IMG/VR virus record: IMGVR_UViG_3300038829_000267
Span: 1 to 61,080 of that record
From: a virus
Lineage: Duplodnaviria; Caudoviricetes
Direction: 5' to 3' (one strand)
Length of the DNA: 61,080 nt
This document shows, piece after piece, positions 46,924 through 56,932 of the stretch. Numbering within the stretch: position 1 is the stretch's first letter; every line of letters begins with the position of its first letter. A program made the position numbers and the translations under genes. The notes under the pieces were generated by a model. That model was not told the DNA's origin, did no database searches, and saw only the letters and a program-made list of their open reading frames with translations.

Positions 46924-46975
46924 GCGCGGAGTCTACCGGCCAACCCCAACACCACCCAAGGGAGGCCACACCCGC

Positions 46976-47767
46976 ATGCTGAGTCCCGTGCCCTGGATGG
47001 GATCCAAGCGCCGCCTGGCGCCGAGGATCCTGCCGCTCATCCCCGACCACACCTGCTACGTCGAGGTCTTCGCCGGCTCCGCGGCGCTGCTCTTCGCCCG
47101 CGAGGAGCCCTCCGCCGTCGAGGTGATCAATGACCTGGACGGCGAGCTCGTGAACCTCTTCCGGGTGCTCAAGCATCACCTCGAGGAGTTCTGCAACCAG
47201 TTCAAGTGGGCGGTGGTGAGCCGGCAGATCTTCGAGTGGTCGAAGCAGACACCGCCTGAGGTCCTCACTGACATCCAGCGCGCAGCCCGCTTCTACTACC
47301 TGCAGCGCCTGTGCTTCGGCTCGAAGGCGACGGGTCGGACCTTCGGCTACTCGCCGACGACCAGGCCCCGTCTCAACCTGGTGCGCATCGAGGAGGGCCT
47401 GTCCGAGGTCCACGCCCGCCTGCACCAGGTGGTGATCGAGAACCTGACCTGGGAATCGTGCATCGCGCGCTACGACCGGCCGGGGACGTTCTTCTTCGTC
47501 GACCCCCCGTACCTCGGCCTCGCCGGCTACGAGGCCGGCGGCCGGTGGGAGGTCCCTGACTTCGAGCGCTTGGCTGCCACCCTCGCCGGCATCCAGGGCA
47601 AGGCGCTGCTGACCATCAACGACCACCCCGAGATGCGTCGGGTGTTCGCCGCCTTCCACGCGACGACGCTCAAGACCCGCTACACCGTCGGCCGTTCGGA
47701 TGCCTCTCGCGCCGAGGCGTCGGAGCTGCTGTTCCAGACCTGGTCGCCGGAGAAGAGGGATGGCTGA
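46976..47767 (+). CDS. Dam/D12-class DNA adenine methyltransferase
   Basis: GGAGG RBS; PWMGSKRRL, YVEVFAG, VINDLD, FVDPPY. Confidence 0.93.
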   Translation: MLSPVPWMGSKRRLAPRILPLIPDHTCYVEVFAGSAALLFAREEPSAVEVINDLDGELVNLFRVLKHHLEEFCNQFKWAVVSRQIFEWSKQTPPEVLTDIQRAARFYYLQRLCFGSKATGRTFGYSPTTRPRLNLVRIEEGLSEVHARLHQVVIENLTWESCIARYDRPGTFFFVDPPYLGLAGYEAGGRWEVPDFERLAATLAGIQGKALLTINDHPEMRRVFAAFHATTLKTRYTVGRSDASRAEASELLFQTWSPEKRDG

Positions 47768-47990
47768 GCAGGCGGTGCTCGAGCAGCTCGGCCCGTATGC
47801 CGCGGACGAGGCAGCGGCCTACGACGCCGGCTACGCCGCGAAGTTGGCCGGCTGGGACCGCGAGGCCTGGCCGCCCGAGGGTGCGGCCGAGAGCGGGCTC
47901 GTTCGGAGCTGGCTGCAGGGCTGGGACGCGGCCGAGCAGGCGCTCTATCACCGAGTCATGCAGCTCAAGAGGGAGGCAACGCGTGGCTGA
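47760..47990 (+). CDS. hypothetical protein
   Basis: AYDAGY...SWLQGW (Rmf/CrpP-like pattern). Confidence 0.55.
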   Translation: MAEQAVLEQLGPYAADEAAAYDAGYAAKLAGWDREAWPPEGAAESGLVRSWLQGWDAAEQALYHRVMQLKREATRG

Positions 47991-48984
47991 CCAGCGCAAG
48001 GGCGGGATCGGCTGGGCCGACGAGACCTGGAATCCGGTCCGGGGCTGCTCTCGGGTCAGCCCGGAGTGCCTCAGATGCTACGCCGAGGACCAGGCGCTCC
48101 GGATCGCACGGTTCGACCGCGGCCGCGGCGTACCGGAGGGCCAGGGTGCGTACGACGGCCTGGTGAAGGCGGTCGACGGCGACGCTCGCTGGACGGGCAA
48201 GGTCCGATTCGTCCGCGAGCACCTCTCGGACCCGCTTCGGTGGCGTCGCCCTCGCCGGATCTTCGTCAACTCGATGAGCGACCTCTTCCACGAGGAGCTC
48301 ACCGACGACCAGATCGCCGCCGTGTTCGGCGCGATGCTGCTGGCACCGCAGCACACCTTCATCGTGCTGACCAAGCGAGCCCGGCGGATGCGCGAGTGGT
48401 TCGCCCAGGCGAGCCTGACCGATTGCGTCGCGTGTTACTGCGTCGAGGGCGGACCTGACGTCTACGCGGGCGGCTGGGAGCTGGGGCGGAAAGAGGTCCT
48501 GACGGCGGTCAATACCGGCTGGCCGGCGAGCAACGTCTGGTTGGTGGTCTCGGCCGGCGCGCAGCCATACGCCGACCAGCGGATCCACGAGCTGCTCCTG
48601 ACGCCGGCGGCAGTCCGGGGCGTGAGCTACGAGCCGATGATCGGGCCGCTCAATCTCGAGAGCGTTGCCGCGCCGCTCGCCTCGACGCCGGGACTGATCA
48701 ACGCGCTGTCGGGCGACTTCTGGCCGGCCCTCGGAGACGTCGAACTCGAGCACGAGCGTCGCTATGAGCTGCCGAAGCTGGACTGGGTGATCGCCGGCGG
48801 CGAGAGCGGGCCGGGCCACCGGGTGATGGATCCGGCCTGGCTGGCGTCGATCGACGAGCAGACACGGAACGGCGGCACAGCGCTCTTCGTGAAACAGGAC
48901 TCCGGCCACCGCGACGGCCAGCAGGGGCGGATACCTGACGCCATCTGGGCCCGGAAAGAGTTCCCCAAGGGCGGTGCTGCGTGA
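47983..48984 (+). CDS. DUF5131 / Gp37Gp68-family radical-SAM-like protein
   Basis: TWNPVRGCSRVSPECLRCYA, IFVNSMSDLFH, LTKR, SYEP, DWVIAGGESGP. Confidence 0.92.
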   Translation: MADQRKGGIGWADETWNPVRGCSRVSPECLRCYAEDQALRIARFDRGRGVPEGQGAYDGLVKAVDGDARWTGKVRFVREHLSDPLRWRRPRRIFVNSMSDLFHEELTDDQIAAVFGAMLLAPQHTFIVLTKRARRMREWFAQASLTDCVACYCVEGGPDVYAGGWELGRKEVLTAVNTGWPASNVWLVVSAGAQPYADQRIHELLLTPAAVRGVSYEPMIGPLNLESVAAPLASTPGLINALSGDFWPALGDVELEHERRYELPKLDWVIAGGESGPGHRVMDPAWLASIDEQTRNGGTALFVKQDSGHRDGQQGRIPDAIWARKEFPKGGAA

Positions 48985-49153
48985 AGCGCCTCCTCGCCGC
49001 CATCGGGTCCCTGCTGGACCGCTTGTTCGGACGCCGCCCGCCGCGCCCGCCGGCGCTGCCCAGTCCACTGTCGCCTGATCGCGCCGAGCTCGAGCACCAG
49101 CTCATGGAGTACCGGCGGAAGCTGGCAGAGAAGGCGAAGCAGGGGACGCTTTC

Positions 49154-49519
49154 GTGACCCAGCTCACCCTGCTCGCCGGCGCCGCGCTCCCGATCGTCGC
49201 CCTGCCTGACGTCCTGACGGGCCGCGCCTGGACGCGCGTCGTCAACATCCGCCGCGAGGCCTGCGACGTCTACGTCGGCCGCCCGGGCAAGGGTCTCGGC
49301 GGGCCGTTCGGCAACCCCTACAGCGTCCACCAGCACGGCTACCGGGCGCTCGACCTCTTCCGGACGTACTTCCTGGAGCGAGTAGATCGCGACGTCGACT
49401 TCCGGGCGGCCGCCCTCGCGCTCCGCGGCAAGCGCCTCGGTTGCTTCTGCGCGCCCGGGCCCTGTCACGGCGACGTCATCGCCGCTTGGGTTGACGCCCA
49501 ACCGGAGGCGGGCTCGTGA
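49154..49519 (+). CDS. DUF4326-family protein
   Basis: DVYVGRP...FGNPY...LRGKRLGCFCAPGPCHGDVI. Confidence 0.88.
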   Translation: MTQLTLLAGAALPIVALPDVLTGRAWTRVVNIRREACDVYVGRPGKGLGGPFGNPYSVHQHGYRALDLFRTYFLERVDRDVDFRAAALALRGKRLGCFCAPGPCHGDVIAAWVDAQPEAGS

Positions 49520-50130
49520 CGGTCACCGCCTACCCGCTCGCTTGGCCTGCCGCCTGGCCACGGACGGCTCCTGCCGCTCGCACTCGCGCTCGCTTCGGCA
49601 AGGGCTACAGAAACGGCGCGCTGCAGTCGACAGCCGAGTCGCACCTCCTCGAGGAGCTCCGACGCCTGGGCGCCCGCGACGTCGTGATCTCGACCAACGT
49701 CGAGCTCCGGCGTGACGGCCTGCCCTACGCCAACCGTCGCCAGCCCGACGACCAGGGCGTGGCGGTGTACTTCACCCGCCGGGTCAATGGCCGGGCCGTC
49801 CAGCAGTGCATCCCCTGCGATCGCTGGGACCGGATCGCCGACAACATGTACGCGATCGCCCTCTCGATCGACGCGATGCGAGGGCTCGAGCGTTGGGGCG
49901 CGAAGTCGATGGTCGACGCCGCCTTTTCTGGCTTCAAGGCTCTCCCTGAGCGCGCCGGCGGCACGCCCTGGTGGGAAGTACTGGGCGTGGCGTCGACGGC
50001 CACCGCGGACGAGATCCGCGCCGCCTACCGCCTGCGAGCGAAGGAGTCGCACCCCGACGCCGGCGGCTCGGCCGAAGCCTTCGTGGCAGTGCAAGAAGCT
50101 TTCAAGCAGGGACTGGCGGCCCGCTCGTGA
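49516..50130 (+). CDS. phage protein with C-terminal J-domain
   Basis: AYPLAWP N-terminus; WWEVLGV...AYR...HPDAGGS. Confidence 0.88.
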   Translation: MTVTAYPLAWPAAWPRTAPAARTRARFGKGYRNGALQSTAESHLLEELRRLGARDVVISTNVELRRDGLPYANRRQPDDQGVAVYFTRRVNGRAVQQCIPCDRWDRIADNMYAIALSIDAMRGLERWGAKSMVDAAFSGFKALPERAGGTPWWEVLGVASTATADEIRAAYRLRAKESHPDAGGSAEAFVAVQEAFKQGLAARS

Positions 50131-50576
50131 CCGCTCGCCACACCACCCCGACCCTGAAGCCGGCCGAGCTCCACAAGCTGCTCGGCGTCGCTCCGCCGCC
50201 GCGCGCCGGCGCCGGGGCCCCGCAGGGCGGCCGACCCGTCCGCCACGTGAACGGCCGGATGAACAAGACCGAGCTGCTCTATGCGACCGAGCAGCTCGAG
50301 CCGCGGCGGATCCTGGGCGAGATCCGCGCCTACGAGTTCGAGGCGATGAAGCTGCGGCTCGGCGCCGACTGGAAGACCACCTACACGCCTGACTTCCTGG
50401 TGACCATGGCCGACTGGCAGCTCGAGGTCCACGAGGTCAAAGGCGGGCATTGGGAGGACGACGCCCGCGTGAAGATCAAAGTCGCAGCCCGCCTCTACCC
50501 CCAGTTTCACTTCGTCGCGTTCCGCCGACTCTCCGCCGCACAGGGCGGCGGGTGGTCGGCGGAGCGTTTCTCGTGA
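50127..50576 (+). CDS. DUF1064-like PD-(D/E)XK nuclease / resolvase
   Basis: MNKTE, YTPDFLV, HEVKGG, DDARVKIK. Confidence 0.8.
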   Translation: MTARHTTPTLKPAELHKLLGVAPPPRAGAGAPQGGRPVRHVNGRMNKTELLYATEQLEPRRILGEIRAYEFEAMKLRLGADWKTTYTPDFLVTMADWQLEVHEVKGGHWEDDARVKIKVAARLYPQFHFVAFRRLSAAQGGGWSAERFS

Positions 50577-51211
50577 CCGTAGCCGGAGACCACCAGGTGA
50601 CGTTCAACATGGCTCTGCAGATCGGCCGCTCCGAGGGCGGCTACACCGTGCGGCACTTCTCGGACCACATCAAGGTCTTCGGGTCGCTGCCGGTCAGCGA
50701 CTTCGCCGCGCTCGCCAAGGCGTGGGCAGAACGGGGATACACCGACGTTGCAAACGGGTCGGCGATCGGCGAACACGACGTCGCCTACGTCGTCGCCAAC
50801 CGCGAGACCTTCGAACGGCTGAAGGCCCTGGCGACGATCGAAGCGGACCAGGTCGCCGCCGGCGACCGGGAGTACGCCTGGTTCCTCGGCCCGGACACCG
50901 GCACCTCGAGCCTGACGATCTTCTCCGTCCTGTCGCTGCGCCACGCGAAGGTCGCCTGCGTGCGCCTCGAGGGCGGGCGCGGCCCCAGCGTTCCCCTGGA
51001 TGCGGGTGACTTCGGGCGCTGTCATCGCCTCCTCGAGGCGGCGGGCTGGTCCGCCCAGCAGCTCGGCAAGGTGGCCGACTACTACCCGGCCTGGCGACCG
51101 CTGGTGGACGCATGGGATGAGCTCACGGCGCTCTATCTCGAGGAGCTGCCGACCGACACGTTCCCGCGCCTGTGCGCCCGCATCACCGAGCTACGGAAGG
51201 CCGATCGGTGA
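50573..51211 (+). CDS. hypothetical protein
   Basis: DTGTSS...PLDAGDFGRCHRLLE motif familiar from phage proteins. Confidence 0.65.
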   Translation: MTVAGDHQVTFNMALQIGRSEGGYTVRHFSDHIKVFGSLPVSDFAALAKAWAERGYTDVANGSAIGEHDVAYVVANRETFERLKALATIEADQVAAGDREYAWFLGPDTGTSSLTIFSVLSLRHAKVACVRLEGGRGPSVPLDAGDFGRCHRLLEAAGWSAQQLGKVADYYPAWRPLVDAWDELTALYLEELPTDTFPRLCARITELRKADR

Positions 51212-52119
51212 GCCCGGTCGACCCTCTCAGCCGCGTCGTCGTGGTACGGCCAGGACTCGACCCGGAGCGCCGGCCAACCGCACCGCCCCCGAAGAAGGGG
51301 AGCGGCCGGGTGGCAGCGCCACCGCCAGCCACCGCGCCGCGCCCATCGGCCCGGCCGAGCGCCGCAGCTGCCGCCGAGATCGAGCGGGAGGCAAGCCGCC
51401 GGCGGGATCAGGCGATCCGCGACATCAGGGCGCAGCGACAGGGCGACGTCGTACAAGCGTCCGCGCCGCGTGCGACCTCACCAACCACCGCCGAACCGAC
51501 CCCGGCCCCCGCCCCGGCGGCGAAGGCTGTGCCGCCGTGGCACTACAGCCGAACCGGGATCTCGCGCGAGGAGATGGCGAGGAGGATCCGAGCGGGTAAG
51601 GAGCGCGCCGCTGCAAGGCGAGCGGACGAGATGGCTGCCGCCCGCGGCGATGCCCCGAGCGCCGCCGTCGCCGCGGCGCCCGAGGCAGCAGCTCCTCCCA
51701 GCGCGATCGAGGCCACCGCTCCATCGCCGCCTGACCCTGCCCCGCCGGCAGCTCTCGTCGCGGCTGAGCCGGCGCTGACTGCCGCCACACCGCCCATACC
51801 CCCCCCTCTGAGCTGGCCAGCAGGAGCGCACGTGGTCGTCGAGCGGCTTGACGTGCGCTCCAGCGAGGTCGCCCTCGAGGTCGATCTGCAGGGTGGGTTC
51901 CGCTGTCGCCTGGCGCGCTCGCTCCGGCCGGCGGATCAGTCGCCATGCGTCGCCCTCCGCCTGCACGACGTCGAGCTGACGAGCGCCCTCGACCCTGACC
52001 GGGCGCGCCTGATCGCCGGCCACCTCCTGACCGCCGCAGACCTCGCCGCGGCCCTGCTCGCTGTCCCCGAGTCCCAACTGGCCGCCGCCGTCCTAGGCAG
52101 CCTCGTCTCGCCCGCCTGA
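51208..52119 (+). CDS. Pro/Ala-rich hypothetical protein
   Basis: Coupled ORF. Confidence 0.55.
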   Translation: MSPVDPLSRVVVVRPGLDPERRPTAPPPKKGSGRVAAPPPATAPRPSARPSAAAAAEIEREASRRRDQAIRDIRAQRQGDVVQASAPRATSPTTAEPTPAPAPAAKAVPPWHYSRTGISREEMARRIRAGKERAAARRADEMAAARGDAPSAAVAAAPEAAAPPSAIEATAPSPPDPAPPAALVAAEPALTAATPPIPPPLSWPAGAHVVVERLDVRSSEVALEVDLQGGFRCRLARSLRPADQSPCVALRLHDVELTSALDPDRARLIAGHLLTAADLAAALLAVPESQLAAAVLGSLVSPA

Positions 52120-52128
52120 GGAGATCAG

Positions 52129-53886
52129 ATGGAAACTGCCACCGCCCCGGCCTTGCCGGCTACCGAAGCACCCGTCCCCAGCGCCGCCATCGCGAGCCCC
52201 ACTGGGTTCCACGTCGACCTCATCCCGCTCGGCGCCATCCGCCCGAGCCCCAACAACCCCCGCCGCATCCAGCCCGACTCCGACCCGGGCCTGGTCGAGC
52301 TGGCCGCGTCGATCCGACAGCACGGCGTCATCCAGCCCATCGTCGTGCGGGCCTTCAGCACGGACGAGCTGCTCGAACTGCCGCTGAGTGAGGGTGCAAC
52401 CTACGAGCTCGTCGCCGGCGAGCGCCGGTGGCACGCGTCGCGCCTCGCTGGTGTCGACACCATCCCCGCCGTGGTGCGCACCGACCTCGACGCCACCGCG
52501 GCGCTCGAGCTGACGGTGACCGAGAACCTGCAGCGCGAGGACCTCCACCCGCTCGAGGAGGCCGCCGGCGTCCAGGCGCTGATGGACCGCGCCGGCTGGA
52601 CGGCGGAGGCGGTTGCCGATCGGCTCGGCCGCCCGCTCTCCTGGGTGGTTCGGCGAGCCCGACTGCGCACGCTGACCGCCGGCTGGCGCGACGCCATGGA
52701 GACCGACTGGGAGGTGAGCCAGTGGAGCGTCACCCACCTCGAGCTCGTCGCTCGCCTCGAACCCGCCATGCAGGACCGGTACCTCCACGAGGAGGTGGCT
52801 GTGCATGGCGGGCTACGCAGCCGCTGGAACGGGCAGGAGAGGGTGCGCAGCCCGCGGGAGGTGGCCCTGGAGCTGGCCGAGTACACCCGGGAGCTCTCCC
52901 GCACGCCCTGGGATCGCGACGACGTCACCCTCGAGCCGGTTGCAGGCGCCTGCAGCGCGTGCCCGAAGCGGTCCTCCTGCACGCCCGGTCTGTTCGACGA
53001 GGAGGAAGAGCTGCTCGACCAGGCGAAGCCCGTGCGTGGCGATCGCTGCCTCGACCGTGCCTGCTGGGACCGCAAGACGTCGGCGCACGTCGGGCGGCTG
53101 AAGGCGGCAGCACGGGAGAAGTATGGCGACCGGCTGGTGCTGGTCACCGAGACGAACGACAAGCCGCCAGCCGGTGAGAGCTGGGCGAACCATTGGGAGG
53201 CCCCCAGAGAGGCGAAGGGCGGCAAGGTGCCCTGCCTCGTGGTGTCCGGCCCCAGCGCGGGTCGCTTCTTCCTTGCCGCAGAAAGCCGAACGACTGCAGC
53301 CCGGGCCAAGCCAGCAGGGACGAAGGCCAAGCCAGGCGAGCCGGCCACCTCGCTCGAGGAGCGCCAGGCAAAGCTCGCCCTCCGTCGGCGCGCTCACGCG
53401 ATCCGGGCCCTGCAGGCGACGTTGAAGGAGAACGCCCGGCAACCCGCCGACCACCTGGTGATCGCCTTCGCCGCGTCGTTCGGCACGCAGGGCCGAGCCA
53501 CCCAGGGCGTCTTCTACGGACTCGACTTGTCGTCGCAGTCGGCGACATCGTTGTTTGACCGGCTCGGGTCCGAGCATGAGCCGGCGATCGCCCGGCTGTG
53601 GCAGATGGTCAAGCCCATCCTCGTCGAGAACATCGAGGTGATGGGCCTCGACCAGGTCGAGCGCACCTGGGAAGTCGCCAAGCGGATCGCGGCGGCCACC
53701 AGCGTCAATCTGGCCCAGCTCATGGAGGCAGCGGAGGGGGCGATCCCGACGCCTCGGGCCTGGTCCATCGCACCCCCTGCCGCGAAGGCCACGCCGGCCA
53801 AGCGCGGCGGCCGCAAGCTCGCCAGCCGGCCCACGCCCGGTGCAACCGCGAAGCAGCGCGACAAGAACCGAGGTCGGCGGGCGTGA
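52129..53886 (+). CDS. ParB/Spo0J-family protein
   Basis: PSPNNPR, LAASIRQHGVIQPIVVR, LVAGERRW, ENLQREDLHPLEEA; Cys-rich CSACPKR. Confidence 0.92.
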   Translation: METATAPALPATEAPVPSAAIASPTGFHVDLIPLGAIRPSPNNPRRIQPDSDPGLVELAASIRQHGVIQPIVVRAFSTDELLELPLSEGATYELVAGERRWHASRLAGVDTIPAVVRTDLDATAALELTVTENLQREDLHPLEEAAGVQALMDRAGWTAEAVADRLGRPLSWVVRRARLRTLTAGWRDAMETDWEVSQWSVTHLELVARLEPAMQDRYLHEEVAVHGGLRSRWNGQERVRSPREVALELAEYTRELSRTPWDRDDVTLEPVAGACSACPKRSSCTPGLFDEEEELLDQAKPVRGDRCLDRACWDRKTSAHVGRLKAAAREKYGDRLVLVTETNDKPPAGESWANHWEAPREAKGGKVPCLVVSGPSAGRFFLAAESRTTAARAKPAGTKAKPGEPATSLEERQAKLALRRRAHAIRALQATLKENARQPADHLVIAFAASFGTQGRATQGVFYGLDLSSQSATSLFDRLGSEHEPAIARLWQMVKPILVENIEVMGLDQVERTWEVAKRIAAATSVNLAQLMEAAEGAIPTPRAWSIAPPAAKATPAKRGGRKLASRPTPGATAKQRDKNRGRRA

Positions 53887-55430
53887 GCACGATCGTCGGA
53901 GAGTTCCGGATTCTGCTGCGGGCCCGCAACTCACTCATCTGGGTGGTCACGGGCGAGGAGCGGCGTGCCGAGCGCATGCTCGCCAACGCGGCCGCGACGG
54001 ACGGCTGGGCGGTGCGCTTCTGGGACTGCGCCACCGGCGCGTATGACCTCGAGCGCAACCCGATCCCGCTGAACGACCTCAGCCCCCACGCGGTCTTCGG
54101 GAAGATCCGTGACCGCGAGAAGGCCGCTGTGTGGATCCTGAGGGACCTCCATCCCTGGCTCGCCGACTTCACGGTGGAGCGTGCGCTCAAGTCGCTCGCC
54201 CGTGACCTGCAGGACGAGCACGACCAGTCGAAGATCCAAGCGATCGTCGTGCTGTCGCCGTCGCCGGAGATCCCCCTCGGCCTGCGCTCGAGCACGATGG
54301 TGCTGGACTGGCCACTGCCCGATCGCAAGGCCATCACCAGGCTGGTCGAGCGGGTCGCCGAGAACAACGAAGTGCAGCTAGCGGTCGAGGACAAAGAGAA
54401 GCTGATCGATGCGGCCGCCGGCTTGGCCGCAAGCGACATCGAAGGTGCCCTGGCGCGCTCGCTGGTCGAGTTTCAACGCTTCGAGCCCGGGATGGTGGCG
54501 ACCGAGAAGAAGCGCATCATCGACCGAGAGCGCGTGTTGACTTGGTACCCGCCGGATCCGCGCGGAATGTCGGCGATCGGCGGCCTCGACAACCTCAAGC
54601 GGTGGCTCGCGCGCCGTCGCCTGGCATTCAGCCAGGAAGCCCGTGACTACGGCCTGCCGACTCCCCGGGGCATCCTCCTGGTCGGCCCGCCGGGATGCGG
54701 CAAGAGTGCCTCGGCCAAGGCCATCCCGACGGCCTGGGGCGGCATGCCGCTGCTGCGGCTCGACCTCGGAGCAACGAAGGGCTCGCTGGTGGGGCAGTCC
54801 GAGGGGAACATCCGACGCGCCCTCAAGATCGCCGAGGCCGTCGCTCCCGCCGTGCTGTGGCTCGACGAGATCGAGAAGGCGATGGCTGGGGCAACGGGCT
54901 ACTCGGGCGACAGCGGCGTCTCCGCTGACCAGCTCGGCGCCGTGCTCACGTGGCTGCAGGAGCGTCAGGGCGATGTCTTCGTGGTGGCCACCGCGAATGA
55001 CGTCCGCGCCCTTCCTCCCGAGCTCAGCCGCAAGGGGCGGTTCGACGAGGTGTTCTTCATCGACCTGCCCACGCCAACCGAGCGCACCGAAATCCTCGCC
55101 ACCGCCCTCGTGCGCTTCGGCCGCGATCCAGGCCTGTTCAACCTGGCGTCGATCGGCACGGCGACCGAGGGCTACTCCGGCGCGGAGGTAGCGGAGCTGG
55201 TGCCGACGGCCATGTTCCAGGCATTTGCCGATGACGGCCGGCCGCTCCGTGACGAGGACCTGGTCGCTGCCGCAGCCGCGACCGTCCCCATGGCGACGTC
55301 GGCCAAGGCGCGCATCGACGAGCTTCGCGAGTGGGCGAAGGGGCGGGCTGTCCGCGCCTCCGACGTCGAGGGACCACCACCAACTCAGACCAACGGCGGC
55401 CCTGTCCGCCTGATCAGGGAGGCATATTGA
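53883..55430 (+). CDS. AAA+ ATPase, Ycf46-like
   Basis: IGGLDNLKRW, GPPGCGKS, LWLDEIEK, ATAND, LPPELSRKGRFDEVFFIDLP. Confidence 0.92.
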   Translation: MSTIVGEFRILLRARNSLIWVVTGEERRAERMLANAAATDGWAVRFWDCATGAYDLERNPIPLNDLSPHAVFGKIRDREKAAVWILRDLHPWLADFTVERALKSLARDLQDEHDQSKIQAIVVLSPSPEIPLGLRSSTMVLDWPLPDRKAITRLVERVAENNEVQLAVEDKEKLIDAAAGLAASDIEGALARSLVEFQRFEPGMVATEKKRIIDRERVLTWYPPDPRGMSAIGGLDNLKRWLARRRLAFSQEARDYGLPTPRGILLVGPPGCGKSASAKAIPTAWGGMPLLRLDLGATKGSLVGQSEGNIRRALKIAEAVAPAVLWLDEIEKAMAGATGYSGDSGVSADQLGAVLTWLQERQGDVFVVATANDVRALPPELSRKGRFDEVFFIDLPTPTERTEILATALVRFGRDPGLFNLASIGTATEGYSGAEVAELVPTAMFQAFADDGRPLRDEDLVAAAAATVPMATSAKARIDELREWAKGRAVRASDVEGPPPTQTNGGPVRLIREAY

Positions 55431-56251
55431 GCGATCCCATCAAGCTCCGCCCCGGCATGCTCGTGACGATCGGCACGAGGATCGACGGCGGCTGCAAGTA
55501 CGACCGCGAAGACCTGGGGCACACCGAGGACGAGGTCGGTGGCGCCATCCAGGATGTCAGCCAGTGGAAGACCGTCCGGACGATCGACGATCTCGAGGAA
55601 TTCACTCGCGCCAGCAAGGTGCGCAGCGAGGCGCGGACTCTGATCGTCAGCGCCTGTATCGCTACGCCCTTCGGCTTCCACCTTTGCCCGACGGAGGGGG
55701 AGCCGCTACTCGACGAGCGGGTTGCGCAGGCGAACGCCCTCGTGGAGCTGTTCAACTCCGGCTCGAGCCACTCGAAGGTTCGCGTGGTGACGATGCGCGG
55801 CGCGATCGCCGAAAGCCGCACCGAGGCCCTCGTGGCCGTGCGCCAAGAGCTCTCCTCGTTGGTCGGGCAGCTCGAGCAGGCGGTTGGTGTCGGCAACGTA
55901 ACCACGATCCGCGAGCTCGTAGGCCGCGCCCAGCAGGTGGGCAAGCTGCTCGACCAGCAGAGCGCGGCCAAGGGCGCTCTCGGGCGGGCCGTCGCGGCCG
56001 CGCGGCTCATCGCCAAGACGATCGTCAAGCGCGTCGAGCAGCAAGGCGAGCAAATCGCGGACGTGCTGGAGGAGGCGAACCTCTCCCCCATCTCTGAGGC
56101 GCGGTTCATGTTCGCTCCCTCGAGCGGCGGCGACGTCGACGAAGACGGCCTGTCCGACGTGTCGCTCGAGCGGTTCGCTGCGCTGGGGACTCCGACCCCG
56201 CCACCACCACCCGAAGCGCCCGATCAGGCGGCTGCGGCGGAGGCGGGCTGA
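55427..56251 (+). CDS. hypothetical helical protein associated with AAA ATPase
   Basis: GGAGG RBS, TTG start, coupled. Confidence 0.65.
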   Translation: MSDPIKLRPGMLVTIGTRIDGGCKYDREDLGHTEDEVGGAIQDVSQWKTVRTIDDLEEFTRASKVRSEARTLIVSACIATPFGFHLCPTEGEPLLDERVAQANALVELFNSGSSHSKVRVVTMRGAIAESRTEALVAVRQELSSLVGQLEQAVGVGNVTTIRELVGRAQQVGKLLDQQSAAKGALGRAVAAARLIAKTIVKRVEQQGEQIADVLEEANLSPISEARFMFAPSSGGDVDEDGLSDVSLERFAALGTPTPPPPPEAPDQAAAAEAG

Positions 56252-56724
56252 TGTCTCACGTCGTCACGATGAAGACGGAGGTCACCGACCTCTCCGCGCT
56301 GTCTGAGGCCTGCGCGACGCTGGACCTCGAGCTGGTGCAAGGCCAGACGACCTATCACTGGTTCGGCGACGTCTCGGTGAACCGGAGCAACTGGGAGGAG
56401 CGGTCGCGCGGCGAGTTGCCTACCGGGTTCACCGTTGAGGACCTCGGCAAGGGTGACCACGCGATCAGGCGCCGCGGCGCCGAACCGGGACGGGGCTACG
56501 AAATCGGCCTCGTGGCCCGGCGGGATGGCCGCCCTGGCTGGCTCCTGATGTGCGACGCCGACGTCGTGCACTCCCTGCCGACGGCAGGCATTCGAGCCAA
56601 CCGCCTCCTCGCCGAGTACACCGGCCGCGTGGCCACGAAGAAAGCGGTCGCGCTGGGCCATCGGGTCTCTGCGCAGCGCCGCCCCGACGGGTCCCTCGAG
56701 AAGCTCACCATCATCACGCGATAG
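56251..56724 (+). CDS. DUF1257 (Ycf35)-like protein
   Basis: MSHVVTMKTEVTDLSALSEACATL, YEIGLV. Confidence 0.75.
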   Translation: MSHVVTMKTEVTDLSALSEACATLDLELVQGQTTYHWFGDVSVNRSNWEERSRGELPTGFTVEDLGKGDHAIRRRGAEPGRGYEIGLVARRDGRPGWLLMCDADVVHSLPTAGIRANRLLAEYTGRVATKKAVALGHRVSAQRRPDGSLEKLTIITR

Positions 56725-56734
56725 GCGGATGCCC

Positions 56735-56932
56735 ATGCCAAAGACGATCGAGATCACGTTCGACGAGCACGGCGAGGCGAGGATCGAAGCGAAGGGCTAT
56801 CGCGGCCGCAGCTGCGCTACGGACACCCGACCCTTCGAGGAGGCGCTCGGGGTCGTGGCCGGGCCTCGGCACCTCAAGCCCGAGTTCCACCAGGTGGCCG
56901 AGAGCACGGTCAAGGCGGGAGGTGGTCGGTGA
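56735..56932 (+). CDS. DUF2997-like protein
   Basis: KTIEITFDEHGEARIEAKGYRGRSC...EEALG...KPEF. Confidence 0.85.
   Translation: MPKTIEITFDEHGEARIEAKGYRGRSCATDTRPFEEALGVVAGPRHLKPEFHQVAESTVKAGGGR

Noticed and set aside
46760-46975. N-terminal extension of the Dam-like ORF
   Set aside because: The GGAGG RBS and family N-terminus place the start at 46976; the upstream segment looks like structured non-coding sequence
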